Assembly (NCBI GenBank): GCA_013239625.1
Contig: MU053629.1
Coordinates: 220,676 to 284,675 of the forward strand
Reading direction: 5' to 3'
Length of the DNA: 64,000 nucleotides
Source of the DNA: Lama guanicoe
Lineage: Eukaryota
Made by a program: the position numbers and the translations under genes. The notes beneath the pieces are model-generated. The model was not told where the DNA came from and made no database searches. It saw only the letters and a list, made by a program, of their open reading frames with translations. Of this stretch, positions 13,450 to 25,730 are shown piece after piece; position 1 is the first letter of the stretch, and each line of letters begins with the position of its first letter.

Positions 13450-13725
13450 TCTTAGGGAGACCTTTCCTGACCACCGTATCTCTAAGAACATTACTCTACC
13501 ACCTCCCTAGCCCAGAGAACCTCTATCACCCTCCCTAGTTTACTGTCTTCATGACAGTCAGCACAATCTGTCATAACAAAATTTGGCCATCGTTTGGCTA
13601 TCCTCACAAAAATTAAGTCCTTGGGGAACAGGAACTTGTCTGTCTTGCTCACAGCTTCATCCCCTGGTCCCAGTACTGCACTTGTCTCAGAGTAAAAGCT
13701 CAACAAACAATGAATGAATAAACAA
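13450..13725 (+). mobile_element. L2 3' end
   Basis: GGAACTTGTCTGTCTTGCTCACAG..GCTCAACAAACAATGAATGAAT terminal repeats. Confidence 0.7.
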
Positions 13726-14841
13726 AGGTAGGTCAGTCCTCAAGAGAAGTCAGGACAACTTGACTCTTGTCTGAGCCGTCACCGGCTATATGGCTTCAAA
13801 TAAGTCACTTCCGTGGTATTTCCTCAGTTTCAGAAATTGTTTAATTAGATGCTTTCTAAGGGGCTAATTTGTCCACTTTGAATTTATGTTTAAAATCCAG
13901 GATTTTTATTTATTTATTCTAACCAAATTTGTATCCAGAACTTCCTTCTGGTAATAACAATGCTGAAGGGCTTTTTGATGTAGCATGAGGGCAAACTACG
14001 GCTTCTGGGGAAATTTGCCACACAGATCCCGCAGGCTCCTATAATCCCACTCTGGACCACCCTAGATCCTCAGTCGTGGGTAGCCATGTATTCTGCTAGG
14101 CGCCACTCCAGGACCAGGGAGACACAATTGGTGAGAAAGGAGGATAAGTGAACGAGTTCATTTTCTGGAACATTATTGAGCACTTGCTCACCAGCACAGT
14201 TCAAGCCTCTTCAGGTACACTATCATACTCCACATTTATGTTAGGATTATTTGGATATTAAGGCATACTTTCACAAAACCCCGTGAGGTAGATACCAATA
14301 CCCCGTTCCTCTGATGGAGGAAATGAGGTTCAGGGAGACTAACTGATTTCTCCTAGTCCAGACAAGTGACAAGCGGCAGAAAAAAATGATTGGAATTTGT
14401 ATCTTCCCCCACCATCATTATGGACTCGGGTCTATTTGTTGAATCAAATAAAAACAAACTGGATGAAGAAACACTCTCTTAGAACCCAGAGTTTAAAAAA
14501 AAAGTTTACATTTCAACTCCTCTGGGAAATCCTATTGCAAAGCCAATAATTACTAAGTACATATACATAACCAGGTAGAAATAAAGCCACCAAAAAAATC
14601 ACCTTGTTTGCAGAGAAAGGAATGATTTCCCTTCTGAAATACCAAGATTCCTTCTGAGAAGGTAGAGGGGAAAGCCAAGAAAATCTATTCTCCACAGACC
14701 ATCCATTGGAAGATCCTTCACTTCCTGTTTGCTTTTTCTTCAGCAATTTTTGAAGACTTCACTTGCAAAAGAATCCTGTTCTTAATGGAAAAGGAATTCT
14801 TTTCCCATCAAGGTATCCGTGTTATAGGTCACTCCCCCTGA

Positions 14842-14865
14842 TGTGTGTGTGTGTGTGTGTGTGTG
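14842..14865 (+). repeat. (TG)12 microsatellite
   Basis: Direct reading. Confidence 0.95.
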
Positions 14866-15221
14866 CGCCCGCGAATGAAGATGTGAACCAATACCACATC
14901 AGATATGTAGAGCCGTCTATATGAATCTTAGCATTGGGCATGGTTCTGAAAGAATAACATTTTTTAAAACTCGTAAGTCATTTGGCATTGATATAAATCA
15001 GCAAGGAAAAACATCGTAGATGGGGTGTAATTCTGTTCTCTCTCTTCCAGCCACAGCCAACCTTTTTATGTAACAAATGGTCTGGAAAAAAGGATTGTTC
15101 TGAATAGAGGAGGCCGTCATTATTTTACCCTTTTCTACAAATAGACGATAACATAAGCAGACATCCAAGAACTAATGTGGCCATAAAGGAAGAACAGGAT
15201 TAGAAAAATGAATAAATAACA

Positions 15222-15227
15222 TTTATT
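15222..15227 (-). terminator. Candidate polyadenylation signal of C2CD4B
   Basis: Minus-strand AATAAA ~50 nt after the stop, followed by U-rich TGTTATTTATTCATTTTT. Confidence 0.65.
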
Positions 15228-15278
15228 TCGTACAAAGCGGCCGTCGGTGTCCGGGAGGCCCCAGGGGCAGGCGCGCCC

Positions 15279-16391
15279 TCAGAGCGGCAGGAGGGGGCCC
15301 AGCAGCAGCTCGCCCCGGCCCAGCAGGCGGCCCCGGTCCTCGGCCTTGACGCGCACGGCCAGGCGGCGCACCTCGTCCTCCGACAGCCCGTCCAAGCACA
15401 AGTCCTGCTCCAAGACGGCGCGGCGGCTCCGCCGGACCACGGCGCCGCGCGGCCGGCGCGTCTGGCCCGGCGGCTGCAGGACGAAGCTGACGCGGCAGCC
15501 GACGGGGGCGCGGGGCTCGGCGGCCCCTCCGGCCGGGCCCTCGGCGGGGAGCAGCCGGACGCGGAGGCGCCCGCCGGCCCGACTGTACTCGGCGGCCAGG
15601 CGCAGGGCGCCGCCGGCGCGGCCCAGAGCCACGGTGCCCTCGGCCTCCAGGCGCTCGGGCCGCGGGCCGGGGGGCGGCGGAGGGGACGCAGTGAGGGCCG
15701 GGATCGGGGGCTCCGAGTCGGTGCGGCGCTCGTCGTCCTCGTTGTCGTCCTCGTCCCCGCTGGAGACGGAGCGGGCCCGGGCCAGGCTGCGGCTCCTCCG
15801 GGCCCACAGCGCGCGGCGCAGCAGCCCCTCGGAAGCGCGCAAGAAGCGACGGCCGCTGGGCCTCCGGATGAGCGCGTCCCGGGGCGGGCAGGGTTTGCCG
15901 GGAGCCTCCGCGGGGGCGTCCAGGGATCCTCCTGGGGGCGGGAGGGGGGCGTTCCTGCCTCCAACAACGCCGCCGCCACCGCCGTAGGTGCGGGCCCGGG
16001 GGCGGGGCGCCGTCAAGAGGTCGGCGGCGCCCGGGCCCCCGAGGAACAGCGACTCCTTGCGGCGAGTGTGCGGGCTCTCGAGCAGCGCGCAGAAGCCGTA
16101 GGCCGTGCGCGCGCGGGGCAGGTGCGGCAGCGAGAGCGCGGCCTGCGAGCGCGGGTCCCAGTCCGTGCGCCCCGCCCCGTCGTCGGCTCCTCGGTGCCAC
16201 AAGTCCGGCTCCGCCGCGCACCGCCGGGGCAAGGTGGCGGCCGGCGTCGGGGACTCGGACGTGCAGGGCGCGGGCAGCCGCGGCGGAATGCAGAACTTGG
16301 GGATGCGGTCGGGGGTGAGCACGTTGGAGAAGACAGGCTCCAGAGCCGCGCTGCCGGCGGCCGAGGCGCGGAGTTTCCCGAGGAGCCTCAT
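15279..16391 (-). CDS. C2CD4B: C2 calcium-dependent domain-containing protein 4B (370 aa, single coding exon)
   Basis: N-terminus [32 protein letters not shown], family motifs [16 protein letters not shown] and [18 protein letters not shown], and C-terminal C2-like region ..[27 protein letters not shown]. The MRLL.KL start fits C2CD4B rather than C2CD4A (MWCL..). ATG at 16391-16389 has A at -3; TGA at 15281-15279. Confidence 0.93.
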   Translation of the reverse strand: MRLLGKLRASAAGSAALEPVFSNVLTPDRIPKFCIPPRLPAPCTSESPTPAATLPRRCAAEPDLWHRGADDGAGRTDWDPRSQAALSLPHLPRARTAYGFCALLESPHTRRKESLFLGGPGAADLLTAPRPRARTYGGGGGVVGGRNAPLPPPGGSLDAPAEAPGKPCPPRDALIRRPSGRRFLRASEGLLRRALWARRSRSLARARSVSSGDEDDNEDDERRTDSEPPIPALTASPPPPPGPRPERLEAEGTVALGRAGGALRLAAEYSRAGGRLRVRLLPAEGPAGGAAEPRAPVGCRVSFVLQPPGQTRRPRGAVVRRSRRAVLEQDLCLDGLSEDEVRRLAVRVKAEDRGRLLGRGELLLGPLLPL

Positions 16392-16431
16392 CCTCCAAGG
16401 TTGAGGCTGGGAGTGGTGAGAAGAAGCGCTC

Positions 16432-16621
16432 CTGCAGGGGGAGAGAAATTGCTGAGTTTGGGCGCCTGGGCCTCTCGGGAGTGGCTGGACCCCTCCCCGG
16501 AGCCCTCTGAGAGTATCAACGCGCCTACGACCCCCTACCAGTCCAGGCCAAGCTCTCCCGCATCCATAAACCCGCCCGCCTTCCATTCATTGGTGCTAAA
16601 TAAATGAAGTAGAAACCATAC
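16432..16621 (-). other. C2CD4B: Predicted 190-nt 5'UTR intron of C2CD4B
   Basis: GTATGG donor; acceptor TTTCTCTCCCCCTGCAG|G with pyrimidine tract (AG at 16433-16432), 40 nt upstream of the ATG. Confidence 0.75.
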
Positions 16622-16703
16622 CTTTGCCTCTTCTTCAGTCCCTCTGGTTCACGAGTTGCAAGCTCAATTCCCAGTCCGGCTGGCACGCCAGCTTCAGCAC
16701 TGT
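16622..16703 (-). other. C2CD4B: Predicted non-coding exon 1 of C2CD4B (TSS ~16701-16703)
   Basis: Ends at donor AAG|GTATGG (GT at 16621-16620), starts ~30 nt downstream of the TATA element at CCACAGT, and contains no ATG. Confidence 0.7.
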
Positions 16704-16725
16704 GGCCAGGACAGGGGCGCGCCTG

Positions 16726-16760
16726 TCTTATAACGGAGCCTGAGTCCCGCCCAGCTGGCC
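16726..16760 (-). promoter_or_regulatory. C2CD4B core promoter: TATA element plus GC box
   Basis: Minus-strand TATAAGA at 16732-16726; GGGCGGG just upstream (~16746-16752). Confidence 0.7.
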
Positions 16761-17449
16761 GGGAGCCCAGCCCCCGGAGGCGCTGGACGGCCCGCCCTCG
16801 GGGCCACCCCTTCCCGCCAGCGCCGGGCTCCGGCGTGGGAGCGACGCTGTGGCGGAGCAGGCACTCGGCTCGGCTTGGGGCCTGCATCTGTTGTGCGTGC
16901 ACGGAACCGCTTGCACGGGCCTGTGAACGGTTACAGGTGGAAGGAGGCCTCCTCGTCGCCCTGCCGAGGGAGAATTGGCGGCTGAAAATGTTGGCGGCCT
17001 CTTGGAGAAGGTGAAGCAGAGGGAGGAAACGGAACTAAATCCTGCCCTCTTGCACATGACCTACACGCACTAGGGGCTTCTAGTTTACTGCCCCCGGGAA
17101 CCTGCAGAGTGTAGACCGATACAGTTCCCTTGGCACTCGTGTACTTACTTATTTACACGTCTGTCTCCCTCTGCTGGACCATGGCCTCCTTTATAGCATA
17201 TGGCCTGCCTCTATCAAAGCCGCGTATGTTGAAGTAGGTGGATTAATGTACGCAAAACTTTTTGAATGACCACAGGCTCCACCTGTCATCTTGGCTGTCG
17301 CAAAAGATGGGGTTCAGGCTCATGCCCTCAAAATGACGCTTGATATTTCCAAAGCTACCCCCTTCTCTCTGCTCCAGCATGGAAGTGTCCGGTTAGAAAG
17401 CACGTTACAGAAAATCTAGGTTTCCTCTTTCCACCCTCCCCCTCCCCCT

Positions 17450-17550
17450 TCATTTTCTAAGATGAGAAAACTGGAAGCCCAGTGGGACTTGAGGAAATTC
17501 CGTCAGCAGGAAGTAGAGCTAGTTAATGGCAGAACCTGGAACTAGCAATT
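17450..17550 (-). mobile_element. MIR fragment upstream of C2CD4B
   Basis: CATTTTCTAAGATGAGAAAACTGGAAGCCCAG..GCTAGTTAATGGCAGAACCTGGAACTAG. Confidence 0.6.
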
Positions 17551-20500
17551 TCCGGTATATTTGTTTGGCTTTGCATGTGATACTTCCTGTTATCTGAAAT
17601 GCCCTTCTCTGCTTTTTTTTTCTCAATAGGAACTCCTTCTTGTAGTTGAGCCAGACATCATTCTCTTCAGGACCCTTTACCCAACTCCCCCACTACAGTT
17701 CTCAGCCTCTCCTCATCCCCTCCGTACACATTCTTCATACCACCATCGCTGCATTTAGCAAGCTGCTTTGGAATTTTTGGTTTACAGGTTTGTCTCTCCT
17801 AATATGAGTTTCCTGAGGGCAAGGACTGGGGCAACGCCGCCAGAGAGGAATCTGGGGGAACCTACTATGAACACATGTAAAATAAAAAGAAGTGCTACAA
17901 TCCAGAATCCAGATGGAGAGGTCTCCATCCCAAAGCAGACCTCTCCAAGGGACGAGCCTCGCTGTCTTACTCATCTCATCCAATTTCAGCGCCTGGAGTG
18001 CCCAGCAAACAGTAACTGCTCAGTAAATATTTGATGAATTATATTGTGTTGAATTTAGTCTGATCTACAATCCAGGTCTTATGACTGTCATGTGCTTTTA
18101 ACCACATGTCTCTAACTGCTGTATTCAATTTCTGTCTCATGACACGCCAGTGCGGTGGACATTGCTTCTGTCTACGAGATAAGGAACTGAAGCTCAGGTT
18201 AAGAGATTCATCTAAGATGAGTCAAGTTATGGATCTCAGTCCATATATCCTGTCCTAGCTTTTTTCTGATGTTTTCCTTCCTTCTCTCTTTCCTTGCTTC
18301 TTCCCTTCCTCCCTCCACCCATCCACTCAGTTTGGTATCATTCACTGAGTCCACCGTGTGTCAGGCATTGTGTGCATGGCTTGTATTGCACTTTACATCT
18401 GGAATGTTAATTCTCAAAGCACTCCAGTCTGCTAAGTATTTTCCATTATCTTCATTTTGGAATTAGTACCATTTTCCCCCAAATCTTTAACGAAAAGGGG
18501 AGTGACTGTCTCCCACGGAATAATAATTAATGCTTTCTTTTTGGACTGATCACTGTTGTCCTCTAGAATATGCTCTTTTGATAGGACAAGCATGAATCAA
18601 TATGCAGCCAGAGAGCAGTAACCATTTCTGCTGAAGCCAAACTTGCAAGCAGTGGAGTCCCCCGGGGTATCTGACTGGATCATTTCCCTTTGATTCTTGA
18701 GGCTAGTCCGCAAATTTGCAGGTGAATGGTTTTCTCTAAAGCAGAGCACACCTGCGTTACACCCTCCTGCCAACGTACCAGCTCACTTCGAATTAGACCT
18801 CAGTGAAAATGGCTTTCACTCCCCTGAGGGCCTTTGTGACATGAACACACAAACATTTGGTCAATGAGTAAATCCACTGGAAGCAGGACATGGGATTTGA
18901 GAAATTGTGCTGCTACCACATCCATGTTCATAGAAGAACGTAAGCACAGCTTTAAATACAGTCTAGAGGGTTTTCCAAAACCTTTAGTTTTCCATGAATT
19001 AATATTCTACAGAAAAGAAAGTCAGATACTGGGAGATTAAATTACTTACACAGGGATGCGCTCCAGTCATTCACTCCTCTAGAGCCGTAGCTGCAGGCTG
19101 TATCCATAGTTAGAGGCCTGGTTTCCTTCCTGATTCTTAAATCACACAGCCTCTCAGTGGAAACTCTGATCACCCCAGTTGTTTCGTTACTTTGTGCCTG
19201 GTGACCACGTAAGGTTCATCATCACCTTGTATTCAAGCTGTGACGTTGTTATTTCAAAGAAGCTGTCCCATTAATACTACTACTGTTTATTAAACACTCA
19301 CAATATACAGGGGTCTTATTTAATCTCTAAACAACCCCCTAAAGAAGGTAGGGATGTAGACCTGAAGCTCATAGAGAATAAACAACTTGTCCAAAGTCTC
19401 GCATCCAGTAAGAGCAGAGCTGGGACTCAAACCCAGATCCATCTGGCTCGTTGCCCCGTGTGTGCTTATAACCACTTCCCTAGAGCGCCTCCCTCAGAGC
19501 TGTTTCTCCTGAACCCATCTCCTCTCAGGGTGGTTAGATAAAAGAAAAAGGGACCCTTGTTCCAAGCCTTGAATGGAAGCTATACACCTTATTGATTATT
19601 TCGGCACCTACCAGATTAAAGCATGCAATTGTCAGAAGCAGGAAATCGCTAATTATGCATCCTAGTGCTGTACCACTTATAGGCAGAATCCTTGTCCTCC
19701 CAGGAAGTGTATTGATTCTCTATTTATACATATCTCGTTCCAAAACAGGATCTGAGGTGAGTTACATAATAAAGAGCCAGGGAATTTATCATCAGCGAGA
19801 GCCTGACATGGTGAAAATGAAAAAGACATGCTACTAGCTGAGCAGAGAACCCTGAATGAGGTCACAAATTGACACGTGTCAATACCCATGACCCCAGGAT
19901 GGGAAGAACAGGGCATGCAGGCAGGTGAAGAGGCTCCAGCGGGAGAGCTGAGGATAGTGAGCCCCCCACCCGCAGGCTGGGCTGCGCCCTCTGCTATGGC
20001 AGCATTTTCCACGTGCTATTCAGATTGTTTAATTGCCTCTGTCTGTCTCTGCCACGGAGCTCTTTAAAGGAGACTTTGGTTTCCCCTCCATAGCAAAGAC
20101 TCTACCCAAGTATGTAGGTAGTCAAACGTTTGCTGAAATTAGACACAGTCTTGCACTGCTATTTAACTGGGTTTTTTTTTTGTTATTGTTGTTTTTTGTC
20201 TGTATGTGCTCAAGTACCCTGTCTTTTCAAACAGACTCATCTGAAGTTAAGAATCATTTCTTGTATCTGACCACTTCCCCATTTTGCAAATTTCATGTTG
20301 TGCCCTAAAAAGGAACCAGGTGAGAAATTAGTACTAACCTCTATAAATTAGTACTTTCCATTCTATAAGGACGTTAGTGTATTCTTTCCTGTGCTGCCTG
20401 TCTTAATTATTGCTTAATCCAAGTTACGAACAGTGTCATGAATGTTATTTGAATCTCCTCAGGTCAAATAAAAAGTCTTTTAAAATTTCAACCATGTAGG

Positions 20501-20849
20501 TACATTTACATTATGAAAGTGATTATGATACCTTCATATTAAATCGAGTACTTGATATGATTTATTAAATTGATGAACACAGTAATTAATGTGTAACAGC
20601 TTATACTTCCTTATGGGCTGTCTAGAATAAACTGCTCTCGTCTTGATCCCCAGCCAAATGCTTGATTCTAGTTGGTTACTGATTTATTTCTCTTTTCTCT
20701 GTGAATAGCAACCAAAGTTTTAAGTACTCCATTCTCTTTTCCATTACTACTTTAATGTCAACCAAAAGCAAGATTCCTGTGAAGACTTATTTTTGTTTCT
20801 CTGTCCATGGTATCTAGACTCCATTCATGTTTTCTTCAACTTTTCTTTC

Positions 20850-22340
20850 TTGGGTTTTTTTTTTTAATCTGTAACACTCTATATATGCAAAAAACCCAAC
20901 GTACAATATAGTGAACACCTGTTTACTCACCAACCAGCTTAAGAAATAAACTATTTTCAAAACAGCTAAAGCTCCCTAAGTAACCCTTTCTGACCATGTT
21001 CTTGTCTCTTTCTTTCCCAGAGTCAAGCACTATCTTGAATTTTGGGTTTATTCTCGCTCTCTCTCTTTAAATATTAGTTTTACTACATATATATATATAT
21101 ATATATCCCTAATATTATTGTTTATTTTCTGGTTTTGATTTTTATAAAAATGATAATAAATACTCTTCTGCAATGTGTTTTTCTTTACATTCTGCTTGTG
21201 AGATTCATTTATGTGTTCAGGTATAGCTCTAGTTCATTCATTTTCACTGATGTATAGCATTGGATTGTACAAACATATTTCATTTTCTTGCTGATGGATG
21301 CTTGGATTGTTTCCAAATTTTTCCAAATTGAAATTGGCATACGTCTTCTCAATCACCCGTACAAAGGTTTTCTTGAGTACATCTCTGAGAATAGCTAGCA
21401 ATAGGGTATTTGCATCTTCACTTTTAATGCAAAATCACCTTCCTCACAGCAGTATGTAAGATTTCCTATTGCCCCAATCCTCAACGACATGCAGTATGAT
21501 TGGATTTTTTTAAAATATGGCTAATACGGTGAGTGTTGTGGGCTGGATTGTGTCCTCCCCAAATTCATATGTGAAGTTCTAACCTGTGGTAGCTCAGAAT
21601 GTGACTGTCTTTAGAGATAGGGCCTTTTAAAGAGGTAGTTAAGGTTCAATGAGGTCATTAGGGTGGGCCCTAATCTGATGTGACTGGTGTCCTTCTAAGA
21701 AGACATTATATTAGACTAGACATGCACAGAGGGAAAACAGTGTGAAGAAGATGGCCACCTACAAGCCAAGGAGACAGTCCCTTAGAAGAAGCCAACCCTG
21801 CCCACACCTGGATTTGGACCCTTAGCTCCAGAGCTGTGCAGAAATAAGTTTCTGTTGTTTAAGCCCCCTGGTCTGAAGTTCCTTGTTACAGCAGCCCTGG
21901 TAAACTAATACGGTGAGTTAAAAATGGTGAATTATCATAGCTTTAATTTGCATTTCTAGTATTTATAATTGAGGTTAAGCAGTTGTGCATATGTTAACTA
22001 GCCGTTCAGCTTTCTTCTATAAAATTCTTTCAAAAGTGTTTTTAAAAATATTTTTATTCTGTTATTTCCTTTTCATATACATATATGCACATCAAATACT
22101 ACTTCTTGGTCATTTCTAAGTACTGTAAACATCACCTTCCTGTGACTTGCTTTTCATATTTTTATGATGTATTTTGAGAAATAGAAGTTTTAAAACTTTG
22201 ATGTAATCATCAAATGTATCCATTTTTTCCCCTTTGTGATTTTGCTTCAGAGATAAATCCCTGTCCCCAAGGTCATCAAAATACTTTTCTCTATTTTCTT
22301 CTGATGTTTTAAAAGGTTTGCTTATTTATCTTTGGGCTGT
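20850..22340 (-). mobile_element. Old L1 (L1M) fragment, interrupted by an MLT1 LTR
   Basis: GTGAGATTCATTTATGTG..TAGTTCATTCATTTTCACTG..TTGGATTGTTTCCAAATTT..TTTAATTTGCATTTCT. Confidence 0.75.
21534..21912 (+). mobile_element. MLT1-type MaLR solo LTR with 5-bp TSD
   Basis: TGTTGTGGGCTGGATTGTGTCC..GCAGCCCTGGTAAACTAATAC; TSD GTGAG at 21529-21533 and 21913-21917. Confidence 0.9.
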
Positions 22341-23999
22341 CAATCCACCAAGACAAAGAATTTCCAGTCAGTGTTCTCCTGAAGAGGTGGTATGCTGCCC
22401 GTCTTTGGAGGCGTTCGGGTAGTCTGGACAGTGTAGAGGTAGGGGTGTTCTAAAGAGCATTCAAGTATCAGATGGATGAATAAAGCGTTCTGTCTGTTCG
22501 GTCATGGATCTGAGTACAACAGACAGCATTACTGGAAAATAACCCAACATTTCAAATATCACCTCAAAGTACATGGCTGTCCTCTCTGGGCTGCACTTGA
22601 CCAATTGATTGTTATCTGAAAGCCACAACCAACACCACCACGTCATTTAAAGGTATGGATAAGTCAGGAAATGCTGTGCATTGACAGACTTTGACACCAG
22701 TTGGTAACTGTGAAACTACAGCTTCCTGCTTTGCAACATGACTCTGTTCCAGTTTCATTGTGGATCCTGGGGGACTAAATGAGGCTCTTATTGATTTTTC
22801 CTATTAGTTACAAAAACGGAGACTGCCTGGATCCCTCTGCTCTGTCACTCTCTAGCTGGGGCAAGCTCCTTAATTTATTTAGACCTCAGTTTTTTCATCT
22901 ATACAATGAGGTTAATAGATGTCACTGCATCCGAGGGTGATGCTTATGAGTAATCCATGTAAGGCCATTATGAGACAGTGTCTGGCATTTACTCAGTAAA
23001 TCTTCCCTACGTTGTGGGAGTAGTAGTAAAGGCTGACAGCAGTATTTTGTAACTATACTCATTGTTAGTATATCAGGTTAAATTTTAAGACATAGATAAC
23101 AACTTGAAAAGGAACAAAAGAAAAAAAGACAAAACTTTTGTGGACACCTCTTCTGAGCCAAGCCCTTTACAAAAGATCCCTTACCTAATCTTCCTCAATC
23201 TTACAAGGTCACAATCACTTAACTTTTAAAGATAAATTCTGGCTCAGAGAGTTTAAATAACTCCTCCTAAAGTTGCCTGGTCTGTGACCACACAGCTCAG
23301 ACCTAAACACTGTGAACTGATACATACAAAAGCCTAGTCTGTCCGTGGCATTAACGCTGCCTTCAGAAGTCACTTGAGGTTAAAACAAGTTAATGGACTT
23401 ATCCCCAGAGCCTAACCTGCTCACTGCCTCTAGTTTTGAGAAGTCAGTGCAGAGCTTCCTTACAGGTGCTTCCTGACTTTGCACAGTATTTTGACAGGCC
23501 TAGCAGGAGTGCAACCTGGGGAAAGGATGCTTGGGGTTGCTCTGGGCAAGTCACTTAACCTTCCCAGCTCTTGGTTTTGTCCACATGAAACAAGACACTG
23601 AATGCTACCAGGTAATCTTTAAATTCCTTTCTAGGGCTTCATTCCCAGAGCCTAGAAACTGCAGAGCAGCCACATAGGGTCCTGCAAGGAAAGCCCTCCT
23701 GGGCCCCAGCCGTATGCAGACAGTGACTTTCCAGTTCTCCACATTCTGTTCACTTTTCCAGCCTCACTAATTTCCCTGAGCTCAGAATGGACCTCTCGGC
23801 TCCTAACTCTTATCTGTGGTGCTCAACTATTTGTTACAGCCACGACAATACTAGGCACCAGAGGATCTAAACAGATAGTTTCCCTAAGCAGTTAGAAGTT
23901 GGCTGCGTTTGGAATAGCACCTGGATCCAGTTCTGGACTACAAGACAGAAAACCAGAGCTATTTCTAGCATCACTAGTTAAAAGTTTTGTGATAGTGGC

Positions 24000-24462
24000 T
24001 ATATTTGTTTCCCAGGGCTACCACAAATTGGGTAGCTTACATCAAAAATATGTATTGCCTCATAACTCTGGAGGCTAGAAGTCCAAAATGAAGGTGTCAG
24101 CAGGGTCGTGCCCCCCTCGGAAACCTGTGGGGGAGAATGCTTCCTTGCCTCTCCCTGGTTTCTGGTTGTTGGCTGGAAATGCTTGGAGCTCCCTGGCTTG
24201 CAGCGGCAGCCGTTCAGGCTCTGCCTCCCTCACACACGGCGTTTCCCCTCCTGTGTCTGTGCCTCCTCTGTGTCTCTCCTTTTCTTATCAGGACGCAAAT
24301 CATCTTGCACAAAGGACCTACCCTACCCCAACTTGACTTTATCTTAGCTAATTCCATCTGTAAAGATCCTATTTTTCTAAATATGGCCACATTCTGAGGT
24401 GCCGGAGGTTAGATCTTCAACAAATCTTTTGCAGTTGGGAGGACACAATTCAACCCATAACA
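24000..24462 (-). mobile_element. MLT1-type MaLR solo LTR
   Basis: CTCTGGAGGCTAGAAGTCCAAAATGAAGGTGTCAGCAGGG..GGACACAATTCAACCCATAACA; TSD GTGGC/GTGAC. Confidence 0.88.
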
Positions 24463-25290
24463 GTGACTAAATCATGCCTTGTCTGATCCATCCATCGGAG
24501 ATGGCTTCTCAATCCAACTTAATAAAGGGGAAGAGGGAGGCAATTTTAGGACCTAAAGCAGAGGTGGTGGAGGAAGATAGGAATCCCCATAAAAACTGAA
24601 CCATCTATTCCCAGCACAAGAACCAGAGGTCATTTCGACACCCCTGCTTTCCGGGTAGAGAAATTTATAATTGTTCCCTCTCCGGGGGAAACATGAAAGG
24701 TCGCCGACTCAGTTAGGTCTTAGCTATTTTCCTGAGGCTGCGCCAGGTTAGCTGGCAGCCAACAGTTGCTATTTAAGGAGCAAAATCCCCTCATCAGGAA
24801 TCAGGAGATGGCTGAATAAAGCCTGGAATTTCAAGGAAGGAAATACGCTGTAGAAATATTTTCCTCCACATGGACCCATGCCAGTACAGAGTGGAGCATA
24901 GAGGGTCCCAGGCCAACGCAGGGTGACGGGGGTCACAAGGGGCGTGGTCTGCCTAGGAGAAGACTGCTAAGGCCCTGGCAGGGCCATCCCCCGTCCCTGC
25001 CAATTTCTCAGACCAGTGACCTGGGATCTTAGCACAGCCCAAATGGTGGGGGAAGAGCCATCGAGAAGGACAAATAAAGAACACTTCCAGCTGACTTCCC
25101 AAGGGAGAGGTCCAAGCCAGATCTGATTTAACTTGGAAGGGAAAATGTTACATTTCTAGCAACACCAGTGTTGTGGAGAAATCTGGAGCTGTTACAGTAA
25201 GAGCTAATAATCATTTAACTTCTATTGTCTGTGTAAGATCTATCGCACACATAAACTCTTTGTCAGATCAGTAAGCTTTATTTTAGTGTC

Positions 25291-25730
25291 TGTCATAGAC
25301 TGGGTTCCCTGGGAAGCTAAGTGAACTAGAGACATGCATATAAGGAGGTTGCCAGAAGACGCTCTCGGGAGACACACCTGTGGGAAAGGTGGGAGGGGGT
25401 GCAGGGATGGAGGGAAGAAAGGGGATTGGGCAGAGGGAGAAGAGATGCACTGCTGTCCCAACACAGGCCTCCGCAGATTCTGCAGAGAGCTCCGGAACTG
25501 GGAGAGCCCTGAAGAGTTGTCTCAGGACGGGGTAAGGGGGTAGGCAGTTATGGGTCCCCATCAATCATCCATTGTTTGGGAGCTCTCCTGGGCCAGGGGG
25601 CATGACCCTGATGCCCTTAGCTAAGGCAATTCCTGGAGAATTTGTCTGTGACCTGTCAGCAGCTAGGGGAATGAGTGCCTAGGGACTGAAGTGGGGTGGT
25701 GGTCTGGGCAGCACACCAGCCTCCACCATG
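25291..25730 (-). mobile_element. ERVL solo LTR (LTR33/LTR16-like)
   Basis: TGTCATAGACTGGGTTCCCTGGGAAGC..CACCTGTGGGAA..GGATTGGGCAGAGGGAGAAG..GCCCTGAAGAGTTGTC. Confidence 0.7.

Larger units (their letters stand above)
15230..16990. promoter_or_regulatory. CpG island covering C2CD4B gene body and promoter
   Basis: Very high GC and CpG density with sharp AT-rich border at ~15230. Confidence 0.92.

Noticed and set aside
1..15200. Ortholog of the human C2CD4A/C2CD4B type 2 diabetes islet-enhancer interval
   Set aside because: Plausible by position, but no specific element can be identified from sequence alone and the region is mostly repeats.
16370..16379. kB-like GGGAAACTCC in the first codons of C2CD4B
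   Set aside because: Explained by Gly-Lys-Leu codons; no independent support.
16392..16586. 65-aa N-terminal extension of the 435-aa ORF
   Set aside because: Its ATG lies inside the predicted intron and the extension crosses a strong splice acceptor; family similarity begins at MRLL.
15200..16607. Long overlapping alternative-frame and antisense ORFs (391, 259, 246, 179 aa)
   Set aside because: Expected in extremely GC-rich DNA with few stop codons; low-complexity R/P/A/G content; the 391-aa frame starts at TTG and has no internal Met.
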